Shown piece after piece: positions 48,937 to 61,479 of a stretch of 64,000 bases of DNA. A program made the position numbers and the translations under genes. The first letter of the stretch is position 1. Every line of letters starts with the position of its first letter. Below the pieces are notes generated by a model. It was given only the letters and a program-made list of their open reading frames with translations, was not told where the DNA came from and ran no database searches. The stretch lies in contig OZ316894.1 in the NCBI GenBank assembly GCA_973895155.1, forward strand, positions 1,876,457-1,940,456, written 5' to 3'. Source of the DNA: Marsupella aquatica. Its lineage: Eukaryota; Plantae; Marchantiophyta.

Positions 48937-49630
48937 TCGGATTTAAGTTTCGCCGTTTTTTCACTTTTTCTGCATGTTTGGCGATTTCGACGATTTCGCG
49001 ACTCAATTTGGGTCGTAACTTTCTCCAGGAGTTCGGATTTGGGAGTTCTTGACGGCTTTGGAAAGATCTTGGCGAGGCGATGAAGATCGATACGACTTGC
49101 ACCCCAAACGGTTACCGTATGAGCGAGTTACATCGGATTTAAGTTTCGCCATTTTTTCACTTTTTCTGCGCGTTTGGCGATTTGGGCGATTTCGCGACTC
49201 AATTTGGGTCATAACTTTCTCCAGGAGTTTCGGATCTGGGAGTTCTTGACGGCTTTGGAAAGCTTTCGGCGAGGCGGTGAAGATTGATACGACTTGCGCC
49301 CCAAACGGTCACCCCATGACCGAGTTACATCGGATTTAGGTTTCGTCTTTTTTCACTTTTTCTGCGCGTTTGACGATTTTGGCGATTTCGCGACTCAATT
49401 TGGGTCTTAAATTTCTCCAGGGGTTTCAGATTTGGGTGTTCTTGACTTTGGAAAGATCTTGGCGATGCGGTGAAGATCGATATGAATTGCGCCCCAAACG
49501 GTCACCAATTGAGCGAGTTACATCAGATTTAGGTTTCGCCGTTTTTTCACATTGGCTGCGCGTTTGGCGATCTTGGCGTCTTCACGACTCAATTTGGGTC
49601 AACGTATGAGCGAGTCACATCGGCCTTAGG
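48937..49630. repeat. ~196-bp tandem repeat (~3.4 units) at the 5' end of the CRE-like element
   Basis: cggattta.gtttcg restarts at 48938, 49134, 49331 and 49524; the units are CpG-rich. Confidence 0.9.
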
Positions 49631-50622
49631 CCATCGCTTTCTCCTCCAATTGGTTGTCGCCTTCGGGAGCTGTAGCCGCACGCTCAATCCAGAGGATGAA
49701 TCTTCACTCGCGTCGACTCCCCAGCGGACAGCTAGACGGGTGCTTCAGCTTTGTTTCTTACAGTTCCTGCACCTGCTCAACGGTTTCCTAGGCTAGCGGT
49801 GGCGCCGTTTCTCGGCCTGATGCGGTGGGCTCTCTCCATCGCCTCCCCTTTCTTTTCACCTGCCTCGGTTGGGCCTTTTGTCGCTTCTTGATGCGTTTTT
49901 GCTTTCATCGGATTGCGACCTATCATGTCTGCGTTGAGAGTGTTGGCGCGGGGCAAGCGCCCAGCCCCACCCCACACTTCTCCCCCATCCTCCCCTCCCC
50001 CTCGTGGTCGTCTTCGTGTTTGCTCTTCTTCATTGGATCTCTCTCATCTTCATGATGACCCCATGCCCGATGCTCTGCCAGTCCCCCCGTCTACTGCCCA
50101 CCCCATCGTCGCCCTGGCTCCTCTCCCCACCCCATTCCCTCTCCACCCATTCATCATCCTCCTCCGGCCTCCTCGTCCACATCTGTTCCACCCCCACCTC
50201 TTGTCCAGTCTTTCCCTGCTCCCTCCCCGGACGAGCGTCCCCTGCATACTTGTCCTGACTGTGGATGGGTTGGCATCTCCCTCCCTCATCATCGCGGGCG
50301 GGGCCGGTGCCATCGTCGCCAGCAAGCCCAATCCCAGCCTCAGCCCCCTATTGACCCGGTTAGCTCTGCCCCTCCCTCCTTGGAGACTCCCGAGCAGGCA
50401 TGGAGTTGGGTTCGCACTCTTGACCCCCTTCCAGTCTACCATCCAAGGTACATTAGACCTCGCCTTTATAACCACATTCCTCTGGCGCTGCGCCCTTTAG
50501 TTCGGTCCTCCTTGTTATAACTCATGCAGCTTATCTTGGCGCATCCTATGGAGGTCTCCTACTGGTCTTTACTGATGCTTTTTCCATAGTGGTCTCTTAC
50601 CCTCCCTAGTCATGGTGATCGT

Positions 50623-53308
50623 GTGGGTCACCGTGAGACTGCCTCTCGTATCCATCGTTTTTTGCAGGGAGATTGGGAGCAGCTTCAGGAAGAGTACTTT
50701 CTTCGCGCCCGGTCTTTTACCGCCCGTACTTTGTCTGACCCAGCCCGCCACTCTCATCCCCCTGAGCATAGACGTCTTCGTCGCTCTTGTCGTTTAGCCC
50801 AGGCTGGTGAATATCGTCGGGCTGTCCAGGCCCTTTCTCCCACCACACCAGCCCCCCCTGGCGAGGTCACCTCATCGGCCCTTCAGGATCTCCATCCGCA
50901 GCCCCATGATCAGCTCCCTTTGTTCGTAGAGGATTTTGAGCCTGAGGAGGATCTTCAGTTTAGTAGGGACCACTTCACCTATGCCTTCCTCCATGCCCTG
51001 CGTTGCGCTGCTGGTGGCCCCTCTGGCTATGTCTTTGAGCATTTTTGGGATTTATTCCCCCCTGAGGATCCTCAGTTTGGTTTTCCAGTTTTCTTCTCCT
51101 TTTGCCAGTGTATTGCAGCCGGTCGTTTGCCTCCTCCCGTCTCTCGGCTCTTGAGTGCTTCTCGTTTATTGGCCATGGCTAAGTCTTCGGCCAATTGCTA
51201 TTGGGGAGGTTTTTCTTCGGCTTGTGTCTCGCACACTTTCCTCGCAGTTTCGCTCTGCACTATCAGATCATCTCTCTCCACATCAGTTTGCAGTTGACGT
51301 TCCTGGCGGTTGTGAGACAGTTATTGCGGGTACTCGAGCTACCTTGGACCTCCACCTTGATTGGGTTGTCCTCCAGGTTGATGTCTCTAACGCTTTTAAT
51401 ACGGTTTCTCGGGCAGCCATTTTTCGTGCTTTGAGGGCGGCGGATCCAGACATCCAGTCCCTGATCCCCTTTGTCCGTTGTTTTTATGGACTCAAGGCCC
51501 CACTCTTCTATAGTCATCACTCCTCTATAGGTGTGTATACCACTCTTTCCTCTGCAGAAGGTACTCGTCAGGGTGACCCTTTGGGTGGGCCTCTTTTTGC
51601 CATTGCCCATTTTAAAGCTTTACGGGAAGCCGCCTTGGCCCACCCCCAGTGTATCTTCCCCTCCCTTTCAGATGACACCCACATCATTGGTCCTCCTGCC
51701 GCGGTTACTTTTGCCCTCGCCACTCTTTCCACCCTTTTGATGGGCCTCGGTTTACGAGTTCAGCCTGTGAAGAGTCGTGCATGGAGTCCAGCTGGGTTAC
51801 CCTCTGATCTTGCGCTTCCCCCAGGGTTCTTACATCCAGCCGATGGTCTTTGGGTCCTTGGCTCCCCAGTCGGTACCGCCTCCTTTTGCTCCTCTTTCAT
51901 CGCTGACTCTCTACAGGCTGCCTTAGCCTCTACTCCTATGCTCCCTAAGTTAGCAGATTCTCAGGCAACATTTGGGATGTTGTTGAGGTGCATCCACCCT
52001 CGTGCGTCTTATTTGGCTAGGACGCATCCCCCTACCGAGGATCTTTGTCTCCACCTTTGAGCATTTGATGTCTCCATTCGTCAGACCCTGGCCTCTCTTT
52101 TGGGGGCCGGGTACGTTGCTCTCATCTCCGTGGCTTCATCGACAACTCAGTCTTCCTATTTTGCAGGGTGGTTTTGGGCTTACTTCCATTGAGAGCCTTG
52201 CACCTTTGGCCTTTTTGGGTGCGTGGGCGGCCACCTTCTCATTGTTGGCCGATTGTTTTCTTATTGAGGATCACCCTTTTTTACTTTCATCTCTCATGGA
52301 GGTAGAGGAGGGTTCCCTTCCGTTTCAGGTTCATTTGCGCGCAGCGCGGTCCTCATTACCAGATCCCATTCGCGCCGCGTTACCTTTTTTTCAGGAGTTT
52401 TTATCCTTGGATCCCGTTTGTCTTCAGGCAACCTCGTTGGGCGTATGCACGCTTTCACCCTTTCCAGCATCCTCTCTGAGGCACCTGACACGGACCAAGC
52501 TCGGATTCTTTCTTCCGGAGGGAAGGGCACAGGTGGATGGCTTCAGGCCAATCCAGTCATTCCTCATTTGCGGATGTCTTCAACGGAGTTCTCCACAGCC
52601 ATGCGTCTTCGTATGGGGCTGCCCCACCCACTTCTTGCAAGTTTACCCCCTTTTTGCACTTGTGGGAAGCCTTGTGATGCCACAGGTGTCCATCTTCTTC
52701 GGTGCAGTTTGGGAGGTGAAACCATTATTGTTCACGACGCTGTGCGAGATGCGACTGCTCAAGTTCTCTCTGGCTCTTTGGTATGCGTGCGGCGGGAGGT
52801 GGTACTCGAGTTACCTGGTCCTCCATCACAGCGGTTACGGGTGGATCTTACCATGGTCCGTGAGGGTCAACGTACATTGGCAGATGTAGTGGTGGCAAAC
52901 CCATTGCGCCAAGACATCATTGGGACAGTAGCAACTACGGCAGGGGCAGCAGTGTCACGTGCGGCAACAACAAAGGAGGCCAAATATGCTGCACGAGCTT
53001 CATCCGACAACTTCCTCCCCCTTGCTCTAGAGCTATTTGGGCGTCTTCATCCTTAGTTTGATGGGCTTCTTTGGCAAGTTGCCCGGGATGTTCATGGCCG
53101 CATGGGTCCCACCGGACCCCCGCTTTCTATTTTGACCACGCACTTTCGCCAACGCATTTCAGTCACCTTGCAGCGTGCTCAAGTTCGGGCCATCTATCAT
53201 CGATCTCTTACAATGGGTGCTAGTGTGCCTCCGCAGCGGCTAGCTCCCCTAGAGGATGTTCTAATCCCACTTGTCGATCTAGTTTTGACCCTTGATGTGG
53301 ACCAGTAG
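50623..53308 (+). pseudogene. RT-RLE polyprotein of the CRE-like element (frameshifted)
   Basis: ORFs 50623-51297, 51155-52060, 52002-52889, 52418-53056 and 53102-53308 tile consecutive domains. Confidence 0.82.
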
Positions 53309-54904
53309 CTTTTTGCCACATTCGCTAGGAATGATGAGGGCCTCGGTCCCCTTGGATTAGTTTTAGTCTCTCTTTCTTGGTTTTTAGGGGTTCCCTATTG
53401 CTCATTTCTTACTTTTAGTTCCTCTTTCTTGGTGTTTAGTGGTTCCCTTTTGCTCACTTCTTTTTCGATTGGTTTTGTCCACTTGGGCCCTCTTTTGTTT
53501 GTTCATTTGTACTCTGATTGGTCCCTTTGTATATAAAAAGTGTGTATATTTGTCAAATATGTGTAAAGAAGAATGAAATAGTATGTCCTAGCTTGAGGCA
53601 GAGATGGGCTTCCACCCACATCTAGACTCATACACTAACATTCAGAAAAAGGTTATTGGGAATTGCGTGTGAGTTGACAGGAAAATTTAAGTAGACCCCA
53701 CATGACATTTGGACACGTGATTGCCCCATTCACCTAGTAAAATAAAGACACAGAACAATACAAATTAAGTTGTGAGTTCAAAAGGGACTATTTATAGGAA
53801 AGTGAAAAGTATTTAAGTCTATTGGGAGTAGATCAAGAAATTTTATTTTTTTCTATTCTCTCTATTACTAGAAAAACTCACCAAAATGTATAATTCAGGG
53901 AAAAACAAACTACAATGAAAGGAAAGAAAAAGAGTTCCAAAGTGGACAAACACCTAACCAGAAAAAACAAAAGCAAGTGTAAATCTTAAAAAAATGATTA
54001 AAAAGAGAAAACTGTCAAACAGTACATGACTGCACACTCAATGTCCGGCATCTACATTGGAATATGTGATAAAAGCTAATGGGTCACATCCAATGTCCTA
54101 ACCAAATCAGCAAGTGGGACAGGAATGTTCTCTAGGGGGGCTAGTGTCTGCGGGGCACACTAACGCCCACTATGAGGGATCGACAATAAATGGCTCAAGC
54201 TTGGGCATGTTGTAAGGTCACTGAAATGTGCTGATGAAAGTGTGTGATCAAGATGGATAGTGGGGGTCTGGATGGACCCATCCGTCCATGAATATCACAA
54301 GCAGCCTATCGAAGGAGCCCATCGAACTGATGATGAAGATGCCCAAAGAGCGGGAACTCAACTAGGGAACCATAGTTTTGCATGGGGATCATTGAGAGCT
54401 TCAAAATGAATCCAAACATGACCATGTTTGGAAGAGTACGAGCGCAAAAACATCTATTTTAAGTTTCAATATTTTCTATACTTTGGTCATTCTTCCCGTT
54501 TTGCTCCTTATGTGGAGCCTCCAGCCAGCCCCCACCCATCCAAGATGCCCACACCTGGGCCTCCAAGTCCTTGGGCTGCCTTTTGGCCTCCATGTACCCC
54601 CTCAATGGCTCCATTGTCATCCATCACCACCCAACACCCCTCTCAACTTTGGCCTTCGATTGTCGCATCAATTTATTAAAACTAAAAAAAATAAAAATTT
54701 GAAAATCCAAACACTTTTGCTACACCTATTTGTCTTTCTACTTATATACACAATTTTAAGTCATCACTAAGTTACTATTGGGCTTGGGGCCCTGTCACTA
54801 GATGCTAGAAAGGGTGAAAGTGTGCATATGCTCAACAAGGTCAGCCTGAAGATAAAAACTCATGAAAAGAAGGTAACGCGCCTTGTACAAGTTCCGGTAA
54901 TGAG

Positions 54905-55050
54905 GACCGGGCATCTAAGCCGGGTATTAAATATCAAATATATTTAATATCTAAGCCGGATATTTAATAAACATGTTTTGCTTAGAACGGTGTTATAATA
55001 TTATTCACGGATTTGATATTTAATACCTGGTTATTTAATATCTAAGCAAC
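54905..55050. repeat. small foldback/inverted repeat
   Basis: ccgggtattaaatatcaaat (54919-54938) pairs with atttgatatttaatacctgg (55011-55030); tatttaatatctaagc is repeated internally. Confidence 0.65.
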
Positions 55051-58000
55051 AATGTCCTTGTTTATATTTGCAACCGATTAGAAGAGGTGAAGGGTTTTTT
55101 AAAATGTGTCCCAAAGTTAATGAACTGAAGGGCCATTTTAATACCTAATGACACGCATCACTTGTTCATTGGACACATGTCATCACACAAGTGGATTAGG
55201 GGGTTCTAATTTCAAGAAGGACAATAGTGAAGCCCAATGGGTTTGTGTTGAGTGTGGTGATTTCAGTATTTGTAATATTTGCTCTCAGTTTTCAGAAGTG
55301 GATGCTCCCATCCCATATGTATGGAGCAACATTAAGAATCTGTGGCCCAGTAAGATGTTTGGCACTTTACAGACAAAAGTAGTGGATGACTTCCTTGGCT
55401 TGTTAAGTGCAATGTAACCTCTAATGTCTTGTAGTGAGATTTTGTTGGAATCTTCTGAAGAACTTTGATATGTAGTCACGTATGTAGTTTAAATTAGATG
55501 TTTGTGTGCTAAAGCCCCAATGGCTTTCACACATTGCCAAATATTATATGGCAATATGTTTGTTTAGTGTACTTGCCACTTAATGGTACATTAAATAAAA
55601 TGTGCATTCATGATTGAATCTCTTTGCAAAAATTTTGTTTATAACAAATGAAGGGTGTTTTAAATCCCCAAATCTATCTGATTATAATAACATAGGTAAA
55701 TTTTATGTAGGACTGAAAATTCTTTTTAGAACGAACAAGATACATTTTAATGTTCTTCCAAAATATAACAAGGGGTACCTGGGGGGCCTTCGGTCACAGG
55801 TATGTTTCATTATATTTCCCTTAGTGAGGACCCAAGGGTATGTACGTACCCCTGGGGGTCTCACTATATGGGGACCTCCCCATCACATGCGACGTTTTTA
55901 GGCCTCAGACCCCCTAAAATGTAAGATTTTTTTTTAATTTTTTAATTTCTATAAAGTTGGAATATTCTTGGAATATTCCAAAAATTGGATTAAAAGACAC
56001 TAATGTTCTAATAAGTCTCAAAATTGAATTTAAAAGACCCTACTTCTTAAGTCTTCCCTTAGAAGCAATAAAATGATTCTATCCTTTGTCGTATGTGATA
56101 TGCCATTTTTGTGGAAGTGAAACCCGAGACGTACCCTCATCAGAGATGAACCATACATCTCTGTGTGTTGACTACTTGTTGGTTGGATGGTCATGTGCAT
56201 GCGATTGCAAGTCATGTCTTTGCTCAACAAGGGGTATAGGTTGGAGCCAAGCCAATGTTATATATCTCATTATTCACATAGTTACACTCTCAAGCTATGA
56301 TTTTTTATGGGTCTTTTTATTGTGGTGTCTTGTTGGTTTTGTGTACTAAGAATGAGTGCACACTCTGGATCATGTTCTGCATTTTTGTTGCCTAATCTGA
56401 GCCCTCCGGTTTCTTATTAACACTTCCTACTTGGCAGATATTTGACATAAATATATGAAATGACCCTGGCCCGGACTCTATCTGGACATGCAAAATGTCA
56501 GCCGGAATGAATTATTGCGGGAATTCCAGGGGGAATTCTGGTTGGCATTTAAAACCTCACAGTCCTAGCTTCTGCCAAGGCTTCTGCACACCCCAACCCT
56601 TCTGAAAGCTGATTTATCTTGCACACTCCTTGAAGTCCTGGTTGGAAACAATATTAATTGTTCTCTAAGAAGCACTGTCCATGCTATGACTTCATGCAAG
56701 GGTTTAATTGTTCTCCAAGAAGCACCCTCCATGTTGTGACTTATAATTAGCTTCATGCAAAGGTGTGGGACTCATGCACACTCAACCAACAAAGATCCAA
56801 GATTGGCCCCTTAATTTGATACAATTTGTGGTTTGGATCTGCAGTGTCAAATCAGTCTTTGCATATGCAAAATGATTATTTACCATTGATCAATAGTGGT
56901 ACAACATAATTCTTCCTTGAAAAATCAAAATCCTCTTGAATTGGGCACTGACTCTTTTGGGTCAACCAATAGCACAAATGGCACTGCCAAAGGACTTAAT
57001 ATGCCGACTGCTTTCATCCTTGTTGTCAACTATTTCAGAAACCTCGAAAGTGTAAAATAATGAAATCACTACACCTATGACCAAGGCAACAGCAATCTCA
57101 ACTTACTCACATTGGTATATGGCAAACCTAGTTACGTTTGCTCTCCCCCCTTTTTTCTGGAAAAAAACAAATTATTAAATAAATAAAGTTTTACAACAAG
57201 ACATTTCTTGCAAATGTCATCCAGAGGGATTTCTGCACCCTTTAAAAAAAATAAAAAAATTCTTTATCTTTAAAATCCCCCCCCCCCTTGAAAAGCATTT
57301 AAGTTTGTATCTTGCCCAAATATACAATGTCAAAAAACCTTTCCAAGACAACACCTGCAAAACGGGAGCAAGATTGCATGTGCACGAAATGCATGACAAA
57401 GTGAAAAATTGAACTCATAGCAACAACATTTTGTCAATACAGATGCAGTGGGTTTAGGGTTACTGTTTACTTATTTCCTAAAATACAATCCATAATATTT
57501 TAGGGAGACATGGCCAAGTACATGGCAAATTGCATGTACCATGCATATATATAACGCAAAGCCAAGGTTCCGAAACATGTCTCACTCATGTTTAGGCTTC
57601 CCCTCCTCAAATCTCTGAGAGGGAATTGAACAGAAAATAACCAAACTACTTCCTAGGCCTACTGTCTACAATAAATATCTAGACCATGACTCTAATTGAG
57701 GGCAGAATTTGTTCCTGGACCCCCTCACTAGATTTTTTAGGCCTTGTTTGAGTAAAAACAATGTATGTAATATAGATTTAGCTCAAGTTGTGAGAGTCTA
57801 TTATGGTCCAAAATGCTCTGGTAACACACATTATTATGATGAGATAGTTTTACAAATTTTAGTGAAAGCATAGGAGAAATTATTTCACCCAAATGTGATT
57901 TTGCAATCTTCTTCATAATGACCATGAAAATGAGGGCTTTTAGCTTGAGTTTTGAGAGTTTAATATGGTCCATAATGCTCTGCTAGCAGGCATTAAAACA

Positions 58001-60268
58001 CTTAAGATCTATGAGATATTATAACTAATTTTAGAACATTAATAAACCCAAGGCATAGGTTTTTTTTACGTTAGTTGATTTCAGCACGATGACACTACGT
58101 ACATTCAACCACTAAAGTGCCATGGGCACTCAAATTGAATTGAGAAGACTACTTTCCCAAGATCAATTGAGAAGGATGCTTTTCTCAACAACAAACCCTA
58201 AGCTTTTTAGTAGCTGAGTCCTGTTTAATTTGTAGAAGATCTGTCGTTTGATTTGTCAATATACTTGAGTGAATTAGAAGTTTATAGCATCATGACCTTG
58301 ACACAACTATTCACCAAATGGAGAAGGGCAGAGCTTAAGCTTTGAGAAGAGAGGAGCCTGATTAGGAAGGGAAGCTGGTAGTCATGTTGTGTTGGACAAA
58401 TACTAGGATAGATTTTGCATAGTTTAGATTAAATTTTCTCACAAAATCATTGTGAACCCATTTAGTGATGGGCTGAGCAGTTTGGCATTCCTTCAACTGC
58501 CATAGAAATACTTTGCTTTGCAGGCCAACAGTGTGGTTATCACAAACAGTTGTCAAAATCAAGCCTTTTTGCTACATTCAACCAAAAATCTCAAGCGAAG
58601 AGAGTCAAAATTCAATCCATGCATTTGGAACCAGATCAATATCTTATCAAATGAATTGTATCAGTTCGTTGAGTTCAAGTTTGGACCAAAGCTAGCAGTT
58701 TGCCTTAAAGCGCCAGTGTCCATGACAAAACCTGGTTCCTTCCACCAGGTTTAATCATTTTTAGTATCCTTTTCCTAAAATTGTGGAGCAAGATCTCACG
58801 CTAGAGGAACAAAATGTGAAAAAGTGAGGAGTCTTGGACACTTCTCCATTTACATGGACAGTGGTGGTTTAATTGCAAAAGGCCAAAAATCTTACTCCAT
58901 GTGCTAGTTACCCTATATTAAGTAAGTTATCAAGTTAGTTATTAGTCATTGTTTATAATATGAAAAATATTTTGTAAATCTTGGAATTAAAATTTTTTAA
59001 AGTTGGATACGTAACTAAAATGGTTACATAGTGACAGTTTTACCTATCTTGCTCTTTGCATTTCTAGTTTTTTACTTTGAATTCCTTTTTATGGCATGGC
59101 ATCCAAAAATTTACACCAAAATTGACGCAAACATGAATGGAAAGTATAAGTTTGATTCACAAAACTGACGAGTCTTGTTTGTTGTGGTTGTTGTTGACGT
59201 GACATGCTTTGGTGCCAGGAATTTTGGAAGGCCGAGACCTCTCACGGGGGTCCAAAAATAAGTACTGACCTTTAAGAGACCAAAATTAATCCATGGACCC
59301 CATGTTCATCCAAGGATTAAACCCCCTCTACCAAGACATAAAGGACGAAAAGGAGACAAAGACTTGTCCATTTTTGATTTTTTTTCTTTAGAGAATGATT
59401 TTTTTTCTGTTTTGAATAAAATCAAAATGTAATTACTGGGAGCAATTTTACCTTAATCTTTTGTCTTTTGATTTGCATGTCAGTTGTTTACATTCCCTTT
59501 TACGGCATGGCGTCCCAGTTTTTATAAAAAACTTGTCACAAATGCAGAAGTTAATTTTATAAAAGAAGGTATGTTTGTGTTTGCAGCGTGCCATGATGAT
59601 GTGGCATGCTGTGGAGCCTGGAATTTTGGAAAGGACCCCTAATGGGGGTACGTAACACATGAGCTCCAAAAGGAACCCGTCCCAGAACAGAATATGTTAG
59701 AGCTTTGAAGAACTGAGCCAAATGGACCTAAAGGAACCAAACCTAAAGAAACCAAAATGTGGCTACCACAACCCAAAATGTTAGAGACACAACAAGTGTT
59801 AGAGCCTTCAAAAACACAGCACAAGTAACCCAAAATTTGGTGAGGTTCAGAGCCTTAAGAAACCAAGCATGAGATAAAGCGGTGCACAACATTCAGAAAC
59901 AAGCACAAAATGTTGGACATAGAATGAGTGTCAGATCCTTCAGAAACTGAGCATCAATGTGGACCAAAGTGTTGGAGCACAATAAGGTTAATTTAGAGAC
60001 TTGAACCAAGAACACAATGCACAACACAAGCTTCAGAAACACGGGCAGAAACGAGCCCATACCAAAATCAGAAAGCACAACTAGCTAGCCACGAGCCCGT
60101 GCAGCCTTCAGAAACAAGTATCAGAAAGGCCAAAAATGAACATGTCAAGCAATTAATTCAAAAGCACAGAGCCGCTCTAAAAAACCTGATGCCAAATCTG
60201 AGACTCGGAGCACTGAGCACCAGTGGGAGCACCCAGCTAGTAATAAAAATGCCCACCTGGGGTCCCAA

Positions 60269-60665
60269 GGGCAAAACAACCCAACTAAAATGTACTCTCC
60301 TATATTACTATGGTTCACGTTCAAAGAAGGGGTAATCTGGGCAAACAACCCAACTAAAAGGTACTCTCCTATATTACTGTGGTTCACGTTCAAAGAAGGG
60401 GTAATCTGGGCTAGTAACAACAATGCCATACCTGGAGACAGGATCCCAAGGGCAAAGCAACCCAAATAAAAGTTGCAGTTAGTTTTACATATGAAGTGCA
60501 CCATTATTACAACTAAGCCTTTGCATATGTAGTGCACCCTTAATTACAGGTAAGCCTTTGCACATGAAGTGCACCCTTAATTACAGGTAAGCTTTTACAC
60601 ATGAAGTGCACTATTATTACAGGTAAGCTTTTTTACATATGAAGTGCACTATTATTACAGGTAAG
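60269..60665. repeat. 70-bp duplication (60269-60410) and ~38-bp minisatellite (60485-60665) upstream of NDUFB7
   Basis: ggcaaa(a)caacccaactaaaa.gtactctcctatattact.tggttcacgttcaaagaaggggtaatctggg occurs twice; atgaagtgcac..t.attacaggtaagc occurs about 5 times. Confidence 0.85.
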
Positions 60666-61215
60666 CTGGTAAGCTTACTTTGTAACGAGTACAGTAACAT
60701 CAACTTCGAAATCTACAGTAGTGTCTGAAGAGTGATGGCTTCCTCACTCATTCTCACTTTGGCCCATCGAGCTTCGAGCTTACAATCATGTCCGCTCTGT
60801 GTCTATGAGTTCAATCCGCTAGTAGTCGGCAGAGAAGCAATCGGTATGTTGCAATCCGAGTACCTTTTTCAGTTCGATCGGAATCTCGTAGATCGTAGTT
60901 TAGATTAGTTTTCAAGTCTTTCTTTGGTCCTCTCTCTGTTCTCTTTCCTCTTGTAGCATTTGCCTCTGCTGGCCCCTTCTTTTGCAAAATTGGTTTGGGT
61001 GATCGAAGACGAGGAAGGATGCAATCGGGACGGCTTTTTGGGTTGATTGAAATCTGGGAGATTGAAATTTTGTTGTGTTTTCCTTCTGTAGTTGTTCCTC
61101 TTTTTGTGTTTTGCCTGTGTCTGCCCCTTCTTTTGTAAAATGTGTTTTGTTGATTGGCAGCAATCGGGAAGAGGAAGGGGGAAGAGAGCTCGGGCAACGA
61201 TTACAATTCGGAGCG

Positions 61216-61479
61216 ATGGGTGGCGGGGCGGTGCACGGAGAAGTGCCATCGCAGGAGGAGATGATGGCGCAGCGAGTGCCAATTTCGTGCCGAGACGCGT
61301 GCGCCAACCTGTTGATCCCGCTCAACAAGTGCCGACTCGCAACCTACTATCTTCCGTGGAAGTGTGTAGACGAGAGGCACGGGTATGAGAAGTGCGAGTA
61401 CGAGCTGTTTCTGGTTCGACAGAATAAGATGAAGGAGATCCGGGAAGGCCACCTCCGTGAACCCCAGCAAGCTGGTTAG
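61216..61479 (+). CDS. NDUFB7: NADH:ubiquinone oxidoreductase subunit B18 / NDUFB7 (87 aa)
   Basis: SQEEMMAQRVPISCRDACANLLIPLNKCR..YLPWKCVDERHGYEKCEYE, the twin CX9C pattern typical of NDUFB7. A probable 5'UTR intron lies at 60844-61160. Confidence 0.93.
   Translation: MGGGAVHGEVPSQEEMMAQRVPISCRDACANLLIPLNKCRLATYYLPWKCVDERHGYEKCEYELFLVRQNKMKEIREGHLREPQQAG

Larger units (their letters stand above)
48880..53540 (+). mobile_element. CRE-like non-LTR retrotransposon (RT + restriction-like endonuclease), degenerate
   Basis: RPIAIGE..RL, QFAV..GGCE, DVSNAFN, GTRQGDPLG, LSDD, WLQANP, CTCG..HLLRC..HDAVRD, RVDL..DVVV..KEAKY, FLPLALELFG, RQRISVTLQR. T-rich 3' UTR ending tataaaaa at ~53535. Boundaries are approximate. 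Confidence 0.8.

Noticed and set aside
49913-50500. Pro-rich 195-aa ORF as a separate gene
   Set aside because: It is a low-complexity C-rich segment within the CRE-like element, likely its degenerate N-terminal region.
60761-60766. Site II element (GGCCCA) upstream of NDUFB7
   Set aside because: It is a single hexamer; plausible for a respiratory gene but not distinguishable from chance.
61075-61215. N-terminal extension of NDUFB7 in the ORF track
   Set aside because: It starts at a non-ATG codon inside a pyrimidine-rich probable 5'UTR intron; homology begins near the ATG at 61216.
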